A DNA stretch of 64,000 nt from Octopus vulgaris (lineage: Eukaryota). The stretch lies in the NCBI GenBank assembly GCA_951406725.2, contig OX597819.1:55180001-55244000 (forward strand). The letters run 5' to 3'. Under the pieces are notes generated by a model, which was given only the letters and a program-made list of their open reading frames with translations, searched no databases and was not told where the DNA came from. Positions 14,541 to 28,150 of the stretch are shown piece after piece. The number at the start of each line of letters is the position of its first letter. The stretch's first letter is position 1. The translations under genes and the position numbers were made by a program.

Positions 14541-15150
14541 TGAGTGTGTGTGTGTGCGTGTGTGTGTGTGTGTGTGTATGTGTGTGTGTGTGTGTGTGTG
14601 TTCTAGGATCCCGGGCACCCTCCATCCGATTGCGCTCAAATTTGATATGTAGATACCGACGGTATAAGGGCCTCTATAAGTCTTGAAAAAATTACAAAAA
14701 TCGATTGTGTTCTCTTATCATTACTGGTACTTTAAACTCTTCGGTTGCATATTGATGTGAATAAAATCGTTTTTCTTGGAAATAGAAAAAAGTCTATCTT
14801 TATTTCTTCTTTTGCTAGTGTCTCAAATTTAAGTTAAATCAGAGTTTCTCAAAGGGGAGGCCTATGGGACGGTCGGACAAGTTGTTTTCAGAAAATTTGG
14901 TTTAAATGTTTGACGACTCAGCACCGTCCATTGGACGGGAGGCGTTTTGCTTGTGTGTGTGTATATATATATATATACATATATACGACAGGATTCTTTC
15001 AGTTTCCGTTTATCAAATCCACTCACAAGGTTTTGGTCGGCAATAGGCTATAGTAGAAGACAATTGCCCAAGATGCCACGCAGTGGGACTGAACCCGGAA
15101 CCATGTGGTTGGTAAGCAAGCTACTTACCACACAGCCACTCCTACGTCTA
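14224..15150 (-). mobile_element. Family A SINE split by an insertion in its internal microsatellite
   Basis: 3' half at about 14224-14440 and 5' half at about 14980-15150, separated by (TG)n and a Helitron-like segment. Confidence 0.75.
14600..14953 (+). mobile_element. Non-autonomous Helitron-like element, 3' end
   Basis: Subterminal hairpin ccgtcc-att-ggacgg, then about 11 nt, then CTTG|T. A homologous copy lies on the minus strand at about 61190-61372. Confidence 0.6.
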
Positions 15151-15321
15151 TAGATAGATGATATATAATATGATATACTGTATGATTACCTTACGAGATT
15201 AAGACCATTTACACTAGGGAGCACTAATACATTTATATGAAGAATATGTGTAATTTATATGTGTGCATGTATATGTATATGTATGTACACACACGTACAC
15301 ACACACACATACACATACATG

Positions 15322-15506
15322 CATGCATACATACATACATACATACATACATACATACATGCATACATACATACATACATACATACATACATACATACAT
15401 ACATACATACATACATACATACATACATACATACATACATACATACATACATACATACATACATACATACATACATACATACATACATACATACATACAT
15501 ACATAC
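15322..15506. repeat. (TACA)n microsatellite
   Basis: Seen directly. Confidence 0.95.
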
Positions 15507-15799
15507 AATTAAATCTCGTTTTATAAATGACTTCCAGGCAAGAATAATTAATGTGAATTAGAGTATACCAAATAATCATCTGCTAAATGTATTTCTAGAA
15601 CTTCAGAACCGCATCGCGATGTGTGGATGTAATGATGATGGAAGCGTTGAAAGCTAACAACCTCAGAAAATATATGTGTTTTTGAGAAGCGCTTCTATTA
15701 ATTCCTTGCACAAATTAAAGAATTTGTCATCATTTTGTATTATATGCAAATATATGCGCGCGTGCGCGTATGAGTACAAGTTAAAAATAAACAAACATG

Positions 15800-16013
15800 C
15801 GCCCTTTTTTAAAGCCTGGCCTGGCTCATGGCTCCGGTTTCCCGGTTTCTATGACGTATGTGTTCCCCAGCTGGACGGGACGCCAGTCTATCGCAGCGTT
15901 GCTCATTTTTGCCAGCTGATTGGACTGGACCAACGTCGCCTGGTCCAGGAATGGAAACCACAATCTTACGATCATGATACTGACACCCTAACCACTAAGC
16001 CACGCGCCTCCAC
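15800..16013 (-). mobile_element. tRNA-derived SINE (family C)
   Basis: Head ggaggcgcgtggcttagtggttagg. Related heads at about 19400-19750(-), 22090-22260(+), 32222-32520(+), 46590-46897(-), 56773-57000(+) and 62895-63123(-). Confidence 0.7.
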
Positions 16014-16221
16014 TGAGTACAACTTAACGTTAATGTATTGTCAAAAAGCGGTAATAGTACTATAGTGTTCGCCTTGAGAGATCTTCTCATATGGATTATG
16101 GTGCTACGTGAGAGGATCTCTTGAGGGGAATACCGCTGGAATACGGTTCTCTAACAATACATCCTAATTGAGAAGTATATAAAGATTGCCATTCGGTATT
16201 GATACTGCTTCTGTCACTAAT

Positions 16222-16273
<52 letters not shown>

Positions 16274-16649
16274 CGCGTGTGACTGAGTTTGTGCGTGTGA
16301 GTGTATATGCATGTATGTAGAGACATCTTATATACACGTGTATGCATGTATATATATATATGTATGGTTAGATGAATAGATGGCGTAATTCTACAGTTGT
16401 TCCATCGACATTTCACCAGAATGTTATTGCTGCAATATTTTTATATAATATTGCAGAAATAATCTGGTAAAATTCCGATGAAACAATTGTAGAATTATGC
16501 AATAAGATGAATTGCGATCAATTCTCCTTGATATTATTCATAGAAACTATACGAATTCGGGATGATAGAGTCATCTGGCAAAATGAAATGGCTCTTAAGA
16601 AGTTCTAATTGTTACCTGAGTTCACCTGATGAAAAACGGATTTTCATGC

Positions 16650-16724
<75 letters not shown>

Positions 16725-16919
16725 CGTGTGTATGCGGGACCAGTAAAGCGATCCATTTCTATACTAGATCTCGAAAGTTTGTATTAATATTTATTTTACT
16801 AATAATGTTTGTTATTTCTGTTGCAAAATCTTTATATATAAAAGTCAAGTTGTGTGTCTGTCTCCTACGATTTAGATTCCTAACTACTCCCACATTTTGC
16901 GGTGCAGTGTAACCAAAAG

Positions 16920-17197
16920 CGGGTATCTTATAGTCGTGATTCATATCGAGCCCTTCTGGGTATTAGCGCGCGTCTACGATTTAAAAAAAAAATTACCATC
17001 ATTTTTTTCCCATTTTTAATGCATGTTTTGCTATTATATAAGGGAAGTAACTCTCTAAAAATGTATTATTAAATCTCAGAACGTAAAAAGCTACAGTGGT
17101 TAGCCATATTGAGATGGCTATTATACTTTACATCTCTAAAAATGCTTATATAGTTATTTCCTTTACAAACCCGAGCAACGCCGGGCGATACTGCTTG
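16920..17197 (+). mobile_element. Helitron-like element, 3' end
   Basis: cccgagcaacgccggg hairpin followed by cgatactg and CTTG|T, the typical Helitron 3' terminus. Confidence 0.6.
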
Positions 17198-18072
17198 TTA
17201 TATATACAGCTGTAGCTAAATTTAACATTATTTCTATTACAAGAAGAAAATTATATTTATGATTCTCTTTAAAAAAACTGTTTATCTAATAAGAGAAATA
17301 TTTAGCAATATATGTACTTACGTTGAGACTGAATGGAACATTAAACCAAATGACTACGTTTTCTATTTTTATATGCCTGAGAATTAGTATTATTGATATA
17401 ATTTTTTTTACTGCTAAACTCTCGATTCTTTTTAACGCTTCCTTTTTAAAGGGAAAAATCTATCGGCCGAACTACTGACTGACCATTTACTAACATTTTT
17501 CACTAAATTATAAATTACAGTAGGTGGATGATTTTGGCTGTGTATGTATATTGCAACTTTTCATTCAGTTAACAGGAATAAAAAATTCATATTTTTATCA
17601 TTTATCCATCAAGAAGACAAACGAACGAGTAAATGATAGCTTTAGACAATAACATCAAAAAGTTATATATATCGTTCTTATTTTTATTCAATAGTTTTTT
17701 ACATTTAACTCGAGTTGCTGCCTTTATTCATTTATCACATCGATCGGGCTGACGAGGGATGTGAGTCGGTAGAACGTAAAAATCTAGTCGACTATTAGTT
17801 CTACATTCATATGAAGCTCCAGCTATAAACATAGACTCACATATAAATGTATACGCACACACACGGATACACATAGACACACGCACACACACACACACAC
17901 ACATATACATTATATGGGATCTTCTTGTGCAGATGCCCGATTATTTTAACCCACCACTTACAATATCAACACACCAGCTGGCAGGAGAGAATGTAAAAGC
18001 CTTCTTGTGCATTCAACTAACGAACGTACGACTGTGCGCGCGTGATTGTGTGTGCGTGTGTGTGTGTGTGTT

Positions 18073-18114
<42 letters not shown>

Positions 18115-18751
18115 GGTATGTAGAAAAATACAACATGGACAAGAACGTATAACTCTTAGAAGACGACACAATAAACACGGACAGGACATTCGAAACCCTC
18201 AGTCTTCAGTCAAGAACCGGATCATCGTAGTAATTTCGGCTGATTAATCTTGAGATTACTAGATCACGGCCAGCCCTCCAAGAAAAACCAAGCAACGAGC
18301 ATTAGAAAAACTAAGCTGGAAGCGTAGATTTCCTGGAAGAAGGATCGAATGCATACGAACACCAGGACAGCAAAAGGGACAGATATATATATATATATAC
18401 ATGTACACACACACACACCAAATGGGGAAACTAGGTTACTAGGTTATGTTGATAACACCGGGACGACCTCTCAGGTGGCAGGGGGAAGGGTTAAGCGGCT
18501 GTAGAAAAATATTAACAATGTTTGATGCAAATACTGATAAACGACGGTAATTGTGCTACATTCGATGGTAGGCGATGGTGAATCATATTAACTTAATGGT
18601 TGTCGTTGTCAAACGGTATGTGGTTCGATTCCCGCAAGCGATTTTGACCTCTCTTTTTTCTATCCTATGTTATACTCATGAATCTATCTAGAGCTTAATC
18701 ACATAAGTTATATTACACACACACACACATACATATGCATATGCATGTATA

Positions 18752-18959
18752 CTCTCTCTTTTCTCTTTTACTTGTTTCAGTCATTTGACTGCGGCCATGC
18801 TGGAGCACCGCCTTTTTTTTTAATCGAGCAACTCGACCCCGGGACTTATTCTTTGTAAGCCCAGTACTTATTCTATCGGTCTCTTTTGCCGAACCGCTAA
18901 GTGACGGGGACATAAACACACCAGCATCGGTTGTCAAGCAATGCTAGGGGGACAAACAT

Positions 18960-19010
<51 letters not shown>

Positions 19011-19170
19011 CATACGACGGGCTTCTTTCAGTTTCCGTCTACCAAATCCACTCACAAGGCTTTGGTCGGCCCAAGGCTATAGTAGAAGACACTTGTCCAA
19101 GGTGCCACGCAGTGGGACTGAACCCGGAACTATGTGGTTGGTAAACAAGCTACTTACCACACAGCCACTC
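18752..19170 (-). mobile_element. Family A SINE, near full length
   Basis: Complete head, core and tail with most CpGs intact. Confidence 0.85.
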
Positions 19171-19788
19171 ATATATATTTTACATGAAGTTAAATATATG
19201 TGACCAATAGTTTCCCATCCATAAGGCGCTCAGCTTTATAGACTTGTAAGATTCCAATGGTCGCGGGCATATAACCTCTCTCCAAACTAGAGGTAGAAAA
19301 CCGTTACGGTCAGTTAATTTGTAAACAAAAGAATGTTGTACATAAAGTATGCTCTTTTTCGGTTATTTGGTCCATTGACTACACACACACATACACACAC
19401 ACACAAAGGGTGAAGATCCCCACCTTCGGTCATGAATGACCATGGGATTGCCCTTAGAAAGTTCCCTTCCAACGCACAAGTCCGCGCAAGACAGTTTATG
19501 GAAGACCAGCAGTTGCCCATGCAGGCCAGCCTCCTTTCTCCATGCCAACGATATTATTCAAGGGAAACGCAAAGGCCGATGCAGCTTGGCACCAGTGACG
19601 TCGTAACTCATTTCTACAGATGAGTGAACTGGAGCAACGTGAAATAAAGTGTCTTGCTCAAGAACACAACACACATCTTGATCCGGGAATCGAACTCACT
19701 ACCTCATGATTATGAGCCCGACGCGCTAACCACTGAGCCAGGCGCCTTCACTAATTCACACACACACGCACACACACGTCCGCACACT

Positions 19789-21005
19789 TGATAGAAGTAA
19801 ATAGACACCCCATAAAACATCGTTTTATGCTTATTTTAACTTGAAATGGTTAATATTTTTCATTAATTGACATATTTTTGTTTCAGGTTCTATATGCGAC
19901 TGTTTAATCATTCCACATTCAAAACTGTCCGAATTTCAAAGAGGTCATATTGTGAATCAGTCTGAAGGTGGACCTAGTCAGAGTAAAATTGCAGAAAACC
20001 TTGGGATCCCACTGCCTGCAGTTAATAGAGTGATTGTGCAATTCCCCAGGGAGGGCAAGGAGTCGACATTACTTCGCCCAGGTCAACCAGGGCCCTGTGA
20101 CAGGATCCTTTGCTTTGTTAAGAGAAGTGTGGAGGATAATCCTCGTTGCAAGGCCTCTGACATAGCAGAACAAATTGATGTCAATCCCAGAATGGTTGTC
20201 AGGTATCTCCATAGACTTGGCTACCATGGCAGGGCGGCAAGAAGGAAGCCACTTTTTTAACCAGCCAATATCAAGTGGAGAAAAGTTTGGGCCAGTGAGA
20301 TGGTGAAGAGGCCATTAGCAATTTGGGACACTGTCATATTCTCTGATGAGTCCAGATTTGCTGCATTTCCTGACAGTGGTCGAATGTGGGTCTGGAGACT
20401 CTTTGATCAGGAATTTGACGGGAAAAGATTGCAGTCAACAATGAAACACAGCGGCTATTCTGTGATTGTCTTGGGAGCAATGGTCAATCAGAGCTGGTGG
20501 AGTGTGAGGGAAACATAAACTCAGATAAATATGTGTCCGTATTGCAGAAATGACTCCTTCCAATCTTCTTCAGTGGTGAGATGATTAAAGAAGATTCTTT
20601 ATTTATAGAAGATGGGGCTCCTTGTCACACAGCTAAAAAGACCCAAAATTGGTTGGAAGAGAATGGCATTAAATAGCTTCCATGGCCAAGCCAGTCACCA
20701 CATATGAACCCTATTGAATACCTTTGAGTCATAATGAACAGAACACTTCAAAAAAAGAACAACAATGCATACTCAAAGCCAGATCTTTTGAGACTATTGC
20801 ATGAAACTTGGCAAGAAATTCCTCAAGAGAATATTCATCGTCTGGCCAGAAGCATGCCTAATAGGATCCTTGCACTGAAAAATGTAAAGGGCATGTCTAC
20901 TAAATATTAGATATTCACATTATATAATTTATAAATAATTTGACTGTATAATTTCAGATTTAAATTAATTTTAACAAGTATAAGTGTGTCTATTTACTTC
21001 TGTCA
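19789..21005 (+). mobile_element. Defective Tc1-family (DD34E) DNA transposon with terminal inverted repeats
   Basis: TIR cores tgatagaagtaaatagacac (19789-19808) and gtgtctatttacttctgtca (20986-21005). Broken transposase with HTH region, ARRKP, VIFSDES and EDGAPCHT...WPSQSPHMNPIE (34 residues between D and E); stops and frameshifts; ends STKY* at 20910. Confidence 0.92.
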
Positions 21006-21161
21006 TGCCTGTGTGTATGTGTGTGTGTGTGTGTATATATACATACATATATATATACATACATATATATATATATATTATCATATACATATATACACAC
21101 ACACACACATATATAAGAACACAGGTGGGGTTTAAAATTTACTACATCTGTTTCCTATGCA

Positions 21162-21212
<51 letters not shown>

Positions 21213-21397
21213 GCAGTATACTACCAATGAATAATAACACATAATGGTTGTTTTACCTAACTCAATGCTATGGTACCCAGCCAGCCCTGGCATCCTACTT
21301 AGCGATATCCTTAGATTCTAATGAATCTTGCGACTAATCTATCTATTTATCTATCTGTGTTTGTGTGTGTGTGTATATATAGAGAGAGAAAGAAAAA

Positions 21398-21428
<31 letters not shown>

Positions 21429-21836
21429 GAGGGGAGACAGATAGACAGACGGATGGACTGACGGGCAGTCAGAGAGCAGCATATTGTATGTGTGGAGGGA
21501 GAGAGAATTATTTGAAATATTCATAATTTCTTGAGAATTACAGTTGAACATTTTTAAATAGAATGTACGCATACATATAAATGATTGGCTTAAAACAAAT
21601 TAACTTATTACTTCATCATGATATGACATCCAAGATAAGATGGAGATACTGAAGCAGATAAAGATTTTAACTCAGTTCTTCTTTATTGTTGACACCTGTT
21701 AGCAATACTTTTCAACCGTGTTTATTTTTATTATGTACTTGGAAGTTAGCCAAAATCATCTTCACAACATTTTCAAGGTTTTTCATATTATTTTGTTGTT
21801 GTTATCATCATCATCATCATCATCTTTATTATTATG

Positions 21837-21889
<53 letters not shown>

Positions 21890-22734
21890 GTGGGCGGTGG
21901 AATTGGCAAAATTGTCAGAGCATTAGAGAAAATGCTTTTGATATTTGTTCTGGTTTTGCACCCTCTGAGTTCCAATTCTGCCGAGGTCGACTTTGCTTTT
22001 CATCCTTTTGGAGTCAATAAAATAAGTACCAGTTGAGCACCGCAGTCGACAGTATGAACTTACTTCCACATCCAAATTCCAGGCCTTGTGCATGGCTTAG
22101 TGGTTAGAGTGTTGCACTTGTGATATAGCGATCGTGATTTCAATTCCTAGACTGGGTAATGCATTGTATTCTTGAGCAAAAATTCTTTATTTCACATTGC
22201 TCTTCGATCACTTCGGTACACTGTACACCTGTTCAGACAATATCAATATGATTGATGGAGTGAGCTAAAGTGTGGCATGAACATTTGATCACTATAAATA
22301 AATCATTTGTGCAAGTTGTTCAGCAACACAATAAGCTGAATGCTTATATGTCGTCTTCAATGGGAAAGTTCATTATTATTATCATTATTATTTGACAGAA
22401 ACATTAGCACACCATCTTAAAGGTTTGAGTTCAAATACCACAAAGGGCGACTTTGCTTTTATCTTTTCGATAAAATAAGTACCGGTTGAATACTAGGGTT
22501 GATATAATCAACTCATCCCCTCCTCCAAAATTACTGGCCTTGTGGCAAAATTCGAATCTCTAAAACCACATGGCAAAAGACTAATGATGTTGGCAGTGGT
22601 TTGGCAGAATTCTTTTAGTGTCAGATAAAATGTTTTTGATATTTGTTTTTTTTTTACATCCCAAGTTCAAATACCACTGAAGTCAACATTACCTTTTGTC
22701 CCTTTGGAGGTCGATAAAATAAAGTACTCATTAA

Positions 22735-23089
22735 CAGTAGCAGACTGGGTCTAAAAATATTGATTGCCAGGGGACTAAGGGGGCCCACTCGCAACTACAA
22801 GGGGGCCCACCTGCAGCTACGGGGGGGGGGGTCACCTGCAACTACAAGGGGGCCCACCTGCAACTACAATGCTATCATTTAATTTTTTTTTTTTAAGTAT
22901 TCTTTTCAACTATCTACAAACACAGCCAGGCTGAAATAATTAATGCACTCTTCCAGGAATGAATAAAAAATTCTCAAACTTGAGTGGATGGGTCCCTTAG
23001 ATACTAACATGGGCCCCATATATGGATTCAAATGGCAGAGGGGCCCACTTGCCATTGGGAGAGCTGGTAACCTGGCCAGTCTGCTACTG
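22735..23089. mobile_element. hAT-type MITE inserted in a family B SINE
   Basis: 14-bp TIRs cagtagcagactgg/ccagtctgctactg; degenerate 8-bp TSD ctcattaa/cttatcaa; internal tandem repeats of aagggggcccacctgcaactac. Confidence 0.75.
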
Positions 23090-23217
23090 CTTATCAAATA
23101 CTAGAATCAATTCAACTAACAAAACCATTTCTCTCAAAATTGTTGGCTTCATGCTTCAATCTGAAATAACTATTTAAGTGTAGTGATTCAACAGAATCAT
23201 TACAGTATCGCAATATA

Positions 23218-23429
23218 CAGGGTGACCCAAAAGTAGGTTTACAGTTATCATGTAGGCACTTTAAATTTCTTGTAAAACATTTTATTACATTTAAATTTCT
23301 ATCTTACAATTAACTAAATTAGCATAGAATAATGGTTTCATATTTTTTTATAATCAAGATTTAAATTGATAATATATGAATATGAAAGAGATAGTTGAAT
23401 AACTGTAAACCTGCTTTTGGGCCACCCTG
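23218..23429. mobile_element. Tc1/mariner-type MITE
   Basis: TIRs of about 30 bp (cagggtgacccaaaagtaggtttacagtta / taactgtaaacctgcttttgggccaccctg) with TA on both sides. Confidence 0.85.
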
Positions 23430-24709
23430 TATGGCTTGTGATATTTTTTCCAGCTTATTATGTTCTAAGTCCAAATCCTGCCAAGACCAACTTCATCTTT
23501 TATTCCCCAATTTTACTAAGTACAGAGTTGATTTAATTGGAAATTTCTGGTCTTGTACCTAAATTAGAAATAATTGTTTTAATTATAATTATTCATTTGC
23601 AAAGTCACTTCTTTCTTCAGTTTGTCTTTTTGACAACACAGTTTTTTTCTTTTTAATCTGAACTCGGAACCTTGAGCTTGGGAAACAAACTGCATATCAC
23701 ACAGCCATACTTGCACCTAAATTAATATAAAAATAAAAACCCAGATCATTACAAGCATTCCTGTCTTTGCTGCTAGTTATATAATCAAACTATTTAAAGG
23801 TTTATTGTTTAAAATAATGTGTTTTAAAATAATTAATCTTGTCAAACCTGCTAATTTCTTGAGAAATTTTATTTTGTCATTAGAAATGACAAAAGTACTA
23901 TTCTTCATGTGTGATTCAACTAATTTTAGTTTGTAGTATTCAATAGGGTTCATATAAAACCAGTGAATGGTTGTGGTGGTGGTGGTGGTGGTGGTGGTGA
24001 ACATGATGAGAAAAAAAGAATGATGAGGATAATGATGATGATGATGATGATGATGATAATGATGATTATGATAATGATGATGATAATGTTGATGATGGTG
24101 GTGGTGGTGGTTTTGGTGGTGGTGATAGTGATTGTGTTGGTGATGATAACAGTAGTGGTGGTGGTAGTGGTGTTGTTGTTGGTGGTGCTGGTAGCTGTGG
24201 GGATGATGAAGGAGAGTAAAGAAATGATTACCATGATGATGGTAATAAAGGATGGTAGTGATAATGGTGAGAAGGAAGAGGCAGAGGTATTCTTTATTTG
24301 ACAGCCTTCAAAAAAAAGAAAAGGTGTGTGGTAGGGATTACCGAAAGTGGGTATCAGATATTAAACTCCTGATATGGAATTTACACTGAAACAAACAACG
24401 AACAAAGCCTAACAATGTGAATTACTTGGCTGCAATAAAAGAAACACAACAAATAGCTGAGTACGTGAGACTTTGCTAGTCATGGTGGGGAATTGAGTGA
24501 GGTAATTCCTTTGTTTAAGTACTACAACAGGTAGTCTAATATTGTTCCATGTGTCATAATAGTCACTCCCCACTTAGAACTGCATTTGTTCTGGTTAAGT
24601 TCATTTATAATACAAGTAAAGTTAAAAAGCATTCTTGTAACAAAACCAAATCAAAGTTGCCAATCTTTATTCATGACCACCTCATTAAGGTGACTGTTAC
24701 ATGTCATCG

Positions 24710-24782
<73 letters not shown>

Positions 24783-24809
24783 TATCCTCATCATCATTAC
24801 CATCACAAT

Positions 24810-25410
24810 AATTATTTCTACTCTAAGCACAAGGCCGTGAAAATTTTTGGGGAAGTGAGGCTATTCAATTATATCAACCCCAGTTCATAACTGGTACTTA
24901 TTTCATTGACCCCCTCCCCCACCAAAAAAAAGATGAAAGACAAAGTCAACCTTGGAGGAATTTGAACTCAGAATGTAGCGGCAGACAAAATGCCGCTAAG
25001 CATTTCACCTGGTGTGCTGATGATTCTGCCAACTTTCCTGATAATAATGGTTCCAAATTTTGGCACAAAGCAAGCAAGTTCAGGGAAGGGATAAGGGGAA
25101 TACATCAACCCCAGTGGTTAACTAGTATTTATTTTATTGACCTTGAAAGAATGAATGGCAAAGTAGACCCTGGCAGAATTTGAACTCAGAACATAAGGAT
25201 GGACGAAATGCTGCTAAGCATTTTGTTTGGTGTGCTAACGATTTTACTAGTTGATTACCTGATGTTCTCAACTGGTGCTAATTTATTGACCTCAGAAGGA
25301 TGAAATGTAAGGTTGACCGTGGCAAAATATGAACTCAGAACATAAAGAGCTGGAAGAAATGCTGTGAAACATTTTGTCTGATGTAGTAATGACTCTGCTA
25401 GCTTGCAATA
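24810..25410 (-). mobile_element. Cluster of three degraded family B SINEs in tandem
   Basis: Repeated aaagtcaacct...gaatttgaactcagaa...ctaagcatttt blocks separated by short spacers. Confidence 0.7.
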
Positions 25411-25919
25411 ATAATAACAATAATAATAATAATAATAATAACACTATGTACAAAGCCAAATATATGGCACCCCAGGCATAACACCAACATGAACTTCCAA
25501 CTTGTCTCTTGAGGTCTCTGGGTGAGACTTGGAGTCAATTTGTACAGATGTAAAGCAAAAGTCAAACATTAAATAATAATAATAATAATCATCTTTGTTG
25601 TTTAACATCCACTTTCCATGCTGGCATAGGTTGGACAGTTTGACTGAGGGCTGGTGGTAACCCAGAAGGCTGCACCAGACACCAAATAATAATAATAAAC
25701 TTTTCTATTATAGGCACAAGGCCTCAAGTTTTGGGGGAGGGGACTAGTCGATTACATTGTAGGCAGTTACCTCAAATCTGCATGCACAAAGAACAAAAGT
25801 AAATGCCACAGGCATACAAAAGTAAATGCAACAGAGTGTGTGTGTGTAGTGTGGATATATTAGTATAATTATTAGGGAAGATTAATTCCGAGTCCACAGG
25901 AATGAGATATTCACATTAA

Positions 25920-26443
25920 AGGTGTACTAGCAGGGTGCAAAGAGCACCATATAAGCATGATCATTGACAGAGCAGCTAACCGGCCTCCATGCCAGTGGAA
26001 CTTAAAGGGCACCATTCGAACATGATTGTTACCAGCGTCGCCTTACTGGCACTTGTGCCCGTGCTAGTAAGGTGCCAAGAGCACCATCCAAGCGTGATCG
26101 TTGCCAGAGCAGCCAACTGGCTTCCGTGCCAGTGGCACGTAAAAGGGCACCATTTGAGCGTGATCGTTACCAAAGTCACTTTACTGGCACCTGTGCTGGT
26201 AGCATGTGTAAAAGGATTTGAGCGAGGTCATTGCCAGTACCGCCTGACTGGCCCCCGCACCGGTGGAACATAAAAGGCACCCACTACACTCTCGGAGTGG
26301 TTGGCGTTAGGAAGGGCATCCAGCTGTAGAAACTCTGCCAAATCAAGATTGGAGCCTGGTGCAGCCATCTGGTTCGCCAGCCCTCAGTCAAAATCATTCA
26401 ACCCATGCTAGCATGGAAAGTGGACGTTAAACGATGATGATGA
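25920..26443 (+). mobile_element. RTE-LINE 3' UTR-derived repeat ending in (GAT)n
   Basis: Same sequence as the 3' UTR following the RTE ORF at 36790-37615. Further copies at about 27150-27505, 30740-31060, 31850-32075(-), 50730-50925 and 51755-51960(-). Confidence 0.75.
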
Positions 26444-26639
26444 TATAAAAGTAGTTTTAGAGACAGAACCACCCTCAACTCAATCAACATCGAAAGATAC
26501 TATGTCCGACTGAGCCATCAAATATTAAATATGATACTTACTATATCTATTCAGAATCCCATACTTTCCATTTTAGTGTAGTGTGGATATATATACAAAT
26601 GTCTGAGTGGTTTTTTTTCTCTTGTTTTGTTTTTGTAAC

Positions 26640-28150
26640 AAGAATGTTCAATTTGAAAACACATGAGTGTTTCCATAACAGTTAACGTGAGGCAAAAAGT
26701 CTTATAAAAATTACTTTTGATTGTCTTTTTGGTCAATGTACCAACCTGTCTGAATGTGTTGAGGTTAGTGTGGAGTGTCTTTGTAATTTATTTGTTTTGT
26801 TGGATGTCGGTGCTTGTTGTGGTGGTGGCCATGAAAATGCCTGTGGAAAGATAGGTATGTCCGTTTTGGTGAATGCTTTTTTAATTCTGTCGACAGAGAC
26901 AGTTATATATTTTCTGTTCATGTCCACAATAAACAATTTCTCTGTGCCCTTAAGTACACAGCAAGGACCAAAATAAGGTGACATCAATGGACCCTTAATG
27001 GAATTGTTCTGAATAAACACATGTGTTCATGTGGATGTGTCAGAAGGAACCACAGAAGGTACAGACTGTTGTCTAGGCAACATTGGAGGTAGGTCCACAA
27101 AGAAGGATCTAAGATGAGTGATATATCAAGTTAGGTTGGCATTCTGTACATCAACAGTGCCAGAGTAGCTGACTGGCTTCCATGCCAGTGGCATGTAAAA
27201 ATGCCGGTGGTACGTGAAAAAACATTCGAGTGAGTGCTGCTGGACTGGCTCCTGTGCAGGTGGCATGTAAAAAACGCCATCTGATCATGACCATTGCCAG
27301 TACCACCTGACTGGCCCTTGTGACGGTGGCACGTAAAAGTACTCACTACACTCTTGGAGTGGTTGGCATTAGGAAGGGCATCAAGCTGTAGAAACTCAGC
27401 CAGATCAGACTGGAGCCTGGTGTCACCATCTGGTTCACCAGTCCTCAGTCAAATCGTCCAACCCATGCTAGCATGGAAAGCAGACATTAAACGATGAATG
27501 ATGAATGGGTGCTAACATTTGGCCAGGTAATGCCAAAGTGGTGCCATGCAAAAGTTCGGCAGAAGAGTATCCCAAATCTGCCTTGATGGCTGAACGGTAG
27601 TCCAGTAGAACAACGGGAAGGAATTCCAACCAACTGTGGGGTTCAGGAACAGCACAAATTGCGGCTTTTAGCTGCCTATGAAAATGTTCTACTATTCTGT
27701 TCACAATGGGGTGGTAGCTTGTGGTGTAAATATGCTGTATTCCGCATAATTGTGACAGTTCATGGAATAGGCTAGCTTCAAACTGGCAACTGTGATCAGT
27801 CATGATCCTGGAGAGTAATTCCAAAATGAGAGCTCCAACCTGAAATGAGTACTCCCTACAATGACTGCAGAAATTCCGCTAGAAGAATGGCTTCAGGCCA
27901 TCTGGAGAATCTGTCAATGCAGGTCAGGATATACATGAACCCGCGACTGATAGGCCATGGACCAACATGGACCAAAATAATGAAAATCCTCCAATATCTT
28001 ACTCTCAATTTGTCACTCCATAGGGTATTATTCTGGTGGATTTTTGGTATTGCTCACTTACCACATCCAATTTTGGGTGCAGATTTTCTTCACCATTATT
28101 CACTCCTGGTGGATGTCAGGGGACGTCGACTTTTGGATAGAACAACTTTG
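26640..28150 (-). mobile_element. Degraded Ty3/Gypsy LTR-retrotransposon remnant (integrase, GPY/F region, inverted protease piece)
   Basis: Minus strand: HVGPWPISRGFMYILTCIDRFSRWPEA, TDHSCQFEASLF...TTSYHP...VEHFHRQLK and PYFGP...VSVDRIK. Plus strand: ILGADFL protease motif. Interrupted by an RTE-tail insertion. Confidence 0.85.

Noticed and set aside
22777-22870. Short direct repeats resembling a CRISPR array
   Set aside because: No unique spacers, eukaryotic context, and internal to a hAT MITE.
23963-24301. Met/Val/Gly-rich ORF
   Set aside because: Degenerate (GAT)/(GGT) trinucleotide repeat.
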